DNA from: the human T2T-CHM13v2.0 reference genome, Homo sapiens
Length of the DNA: 64,000 bases
Strand: one strand, 5' to 3'
Assembly (NCBI RefSeq): GCF_009914755.1
Contig: NC_060931.1
Part shown: piece by piece, positions 62,285-64,000 of the stretch
How the letters are laid out: every line of letters begins with the position of its first letter
Numbering within the stretch: position 1 is the stretch's first letter
Notes under the pieces: generated by a model
Database searches by the model: none
The model's input: only the letters and a program-made list of their open reading frames with translations
Told to the model about the DNA's origin: nothing
Position numbers and translations under genes: made by a program

Positions 62285-62640
62285 GTTTTTTAAATTTTTC
62301 AAATACACTATGTCATATATACCAAACAATATACATATCATACAATGTATGCCGTATAGGATATGAAGAATATACTCACTGTCTAGCCTAAGAAATAGAA
62401 CATTGTTAATTCCTTTGAATCTCCCTGTGTGTCTTTCCTCATTAGTATTTCCCCAGAAACCACTATTCTTAATTTTGTAATTGTAATTCCTTTACTTTTC
62501 ACTGTAACTTGTCTACATATTCAATAAGGTAAATATATTGTCAAATTATGGAATGGTGTTTAATTTTGTGTGAAACGTAGCATACTGTGTGTATTCTTCT
62601 GCCTTTTGGTTTTCATTCACATTTGTATATAATACTCCAT
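62285..62640 (-). mobile_element. Old L1 (L1ME-like) 3' fragment
   Basis: cctaagaaatagaacattgttaattcctttgaatctccctgtgtg...accactattcttaattttgt. Confidence 0.6.
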
Positions 62641-62814
62641 TTCCTCAAGGTCATATTCTGGCAACCATATCTGGAGCTTAGCCTGTTGAAATAAGGAAGA
62701 AAATTCTTTAGGTCACCAAAATGACTTTCAAAAACGTATCCACTTTTCTTTCTAGGAAAGGGCCCAAAATTTTTTCTCTGAGAACCCAGTTTTCTTTATT
62801 TAAATAAAATACTA

Positions 62815-63198
<384 letters not shown>

Positions 63199-63759
63199 TT
63201 AATTATAAGAAATTTTTAACTCAAATTTTGATGTCACCACTATGTTAAATCGAGTCCCTTCACCCTTTTGTTAAACGACTACCTATAAAATAAGACCAGA
63301 TGTGCCTTCTAGCAAGATTAGCAATAATGAATATATATAATCAGCTTATCACCCATAAATTGTCAACTATAAAAGAATATACTACAAAAGAATATTATTA
63401 TGCCCTGGAATATATTCTTTGGCATAAGAAATTGATGAAAAGGTGTTTAGTAGAGATAAAAACAAATTCAAAATTGAAACAATAACAGATTGCAATCATT
63501 TGAGAGTTTCCCATGTAAAATATATTATACTTAGACACTATATGGCTCCAGAAAGTAGAACTCTCTACTTTTTACTGAGTAGCAATTATAATACATGTTG
63601 TATCAACTGTCAGGCTTAGTATGAGAAAGACATTTTGTTAATAATCTGCTCAAAACTGGTAATCACTGCTTCATTAGGTAATGAATGCCCAGTCAGTGGA
63701 AATATTTGAGCAGAAGGTATATGAGAATTATATGGTAGTAACAGCTACTATTTATCTTA

Positions 63760-63990
63760 TTCACATACATGAATAAATACCTAGCACAGTTCATAGTGCA
63801 TAGTAAGTGCTCAATAAATATATATATATGAAATTATCATTTAAAAATCTCTAAAATGTTGGTATTATCTTCAGTTTAGAAATCAGAAAATGGCAACAGA
63901 GAAGGGAAGTAACTTAAAGTCCCACAGCTAGCTGGCACTGGAGCAAGGAATTAAACCCTGCAAATCAGCTCACAGGATATCCCAAACCAT
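63760..63990. mobile_element. MIR fragments
   Basis: catagtaagtgctcaataaat and aagtaacttaaagtcccacagctagctggcactggagcaaggaattaaaccc. Confidence 0.6.
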
Positions 63991-64000
63991 GTACTAATTA

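Overview
This is primate (human-like) genomic DNA: AT-rich, CpG-depleted and dense in Alu and L1 repeats. The window lies inside ZNF277 (+ strand). Five coding exons (21155-21356, 30151-30239, 30511-30593, 52466-52557, 62001-62111; probably exons 2-6) have GT-AG boundaries and matching phases. They splice into one open frame, DSKDCILEPL...CIFCEEH...HMIIEH...CMFCNEEFLGNRSVILNHMAREH...LQKKLD. The rest is intron, holding about 25 Alus, several L1s, MIR/L2, DNA transposons (Tigger, MER1, MER3, MER47, MADE1), LTRs (MER21 x2, MER34-like, MLT2) and a full-length processed 7SK pseudogene. The supplied ORFs are almost all repeat-derived or chance. I cannot claim a new biological system. The most notable unexplained structures are: (1) a GC-richer degenerate array of a ~95-bp core at 59.5-60.8 kb; (2) a chimeric Alu insertion that duplicated ~110 bp of flank; (3) a perfect 24-bp-arm intronic hairpin; (4) a candidate 42-nt in-frame cassette exon that would split a zinc finger; (5) a 90-bp young L1 inside an old Alu; (6) an internally deleted L1 with both ends and a target-site duplication (TSD); and (7) a two-donor templated insertion in an old L1. 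Repeat subfamily calls come from recalled consensus motifs, not from an alignment.
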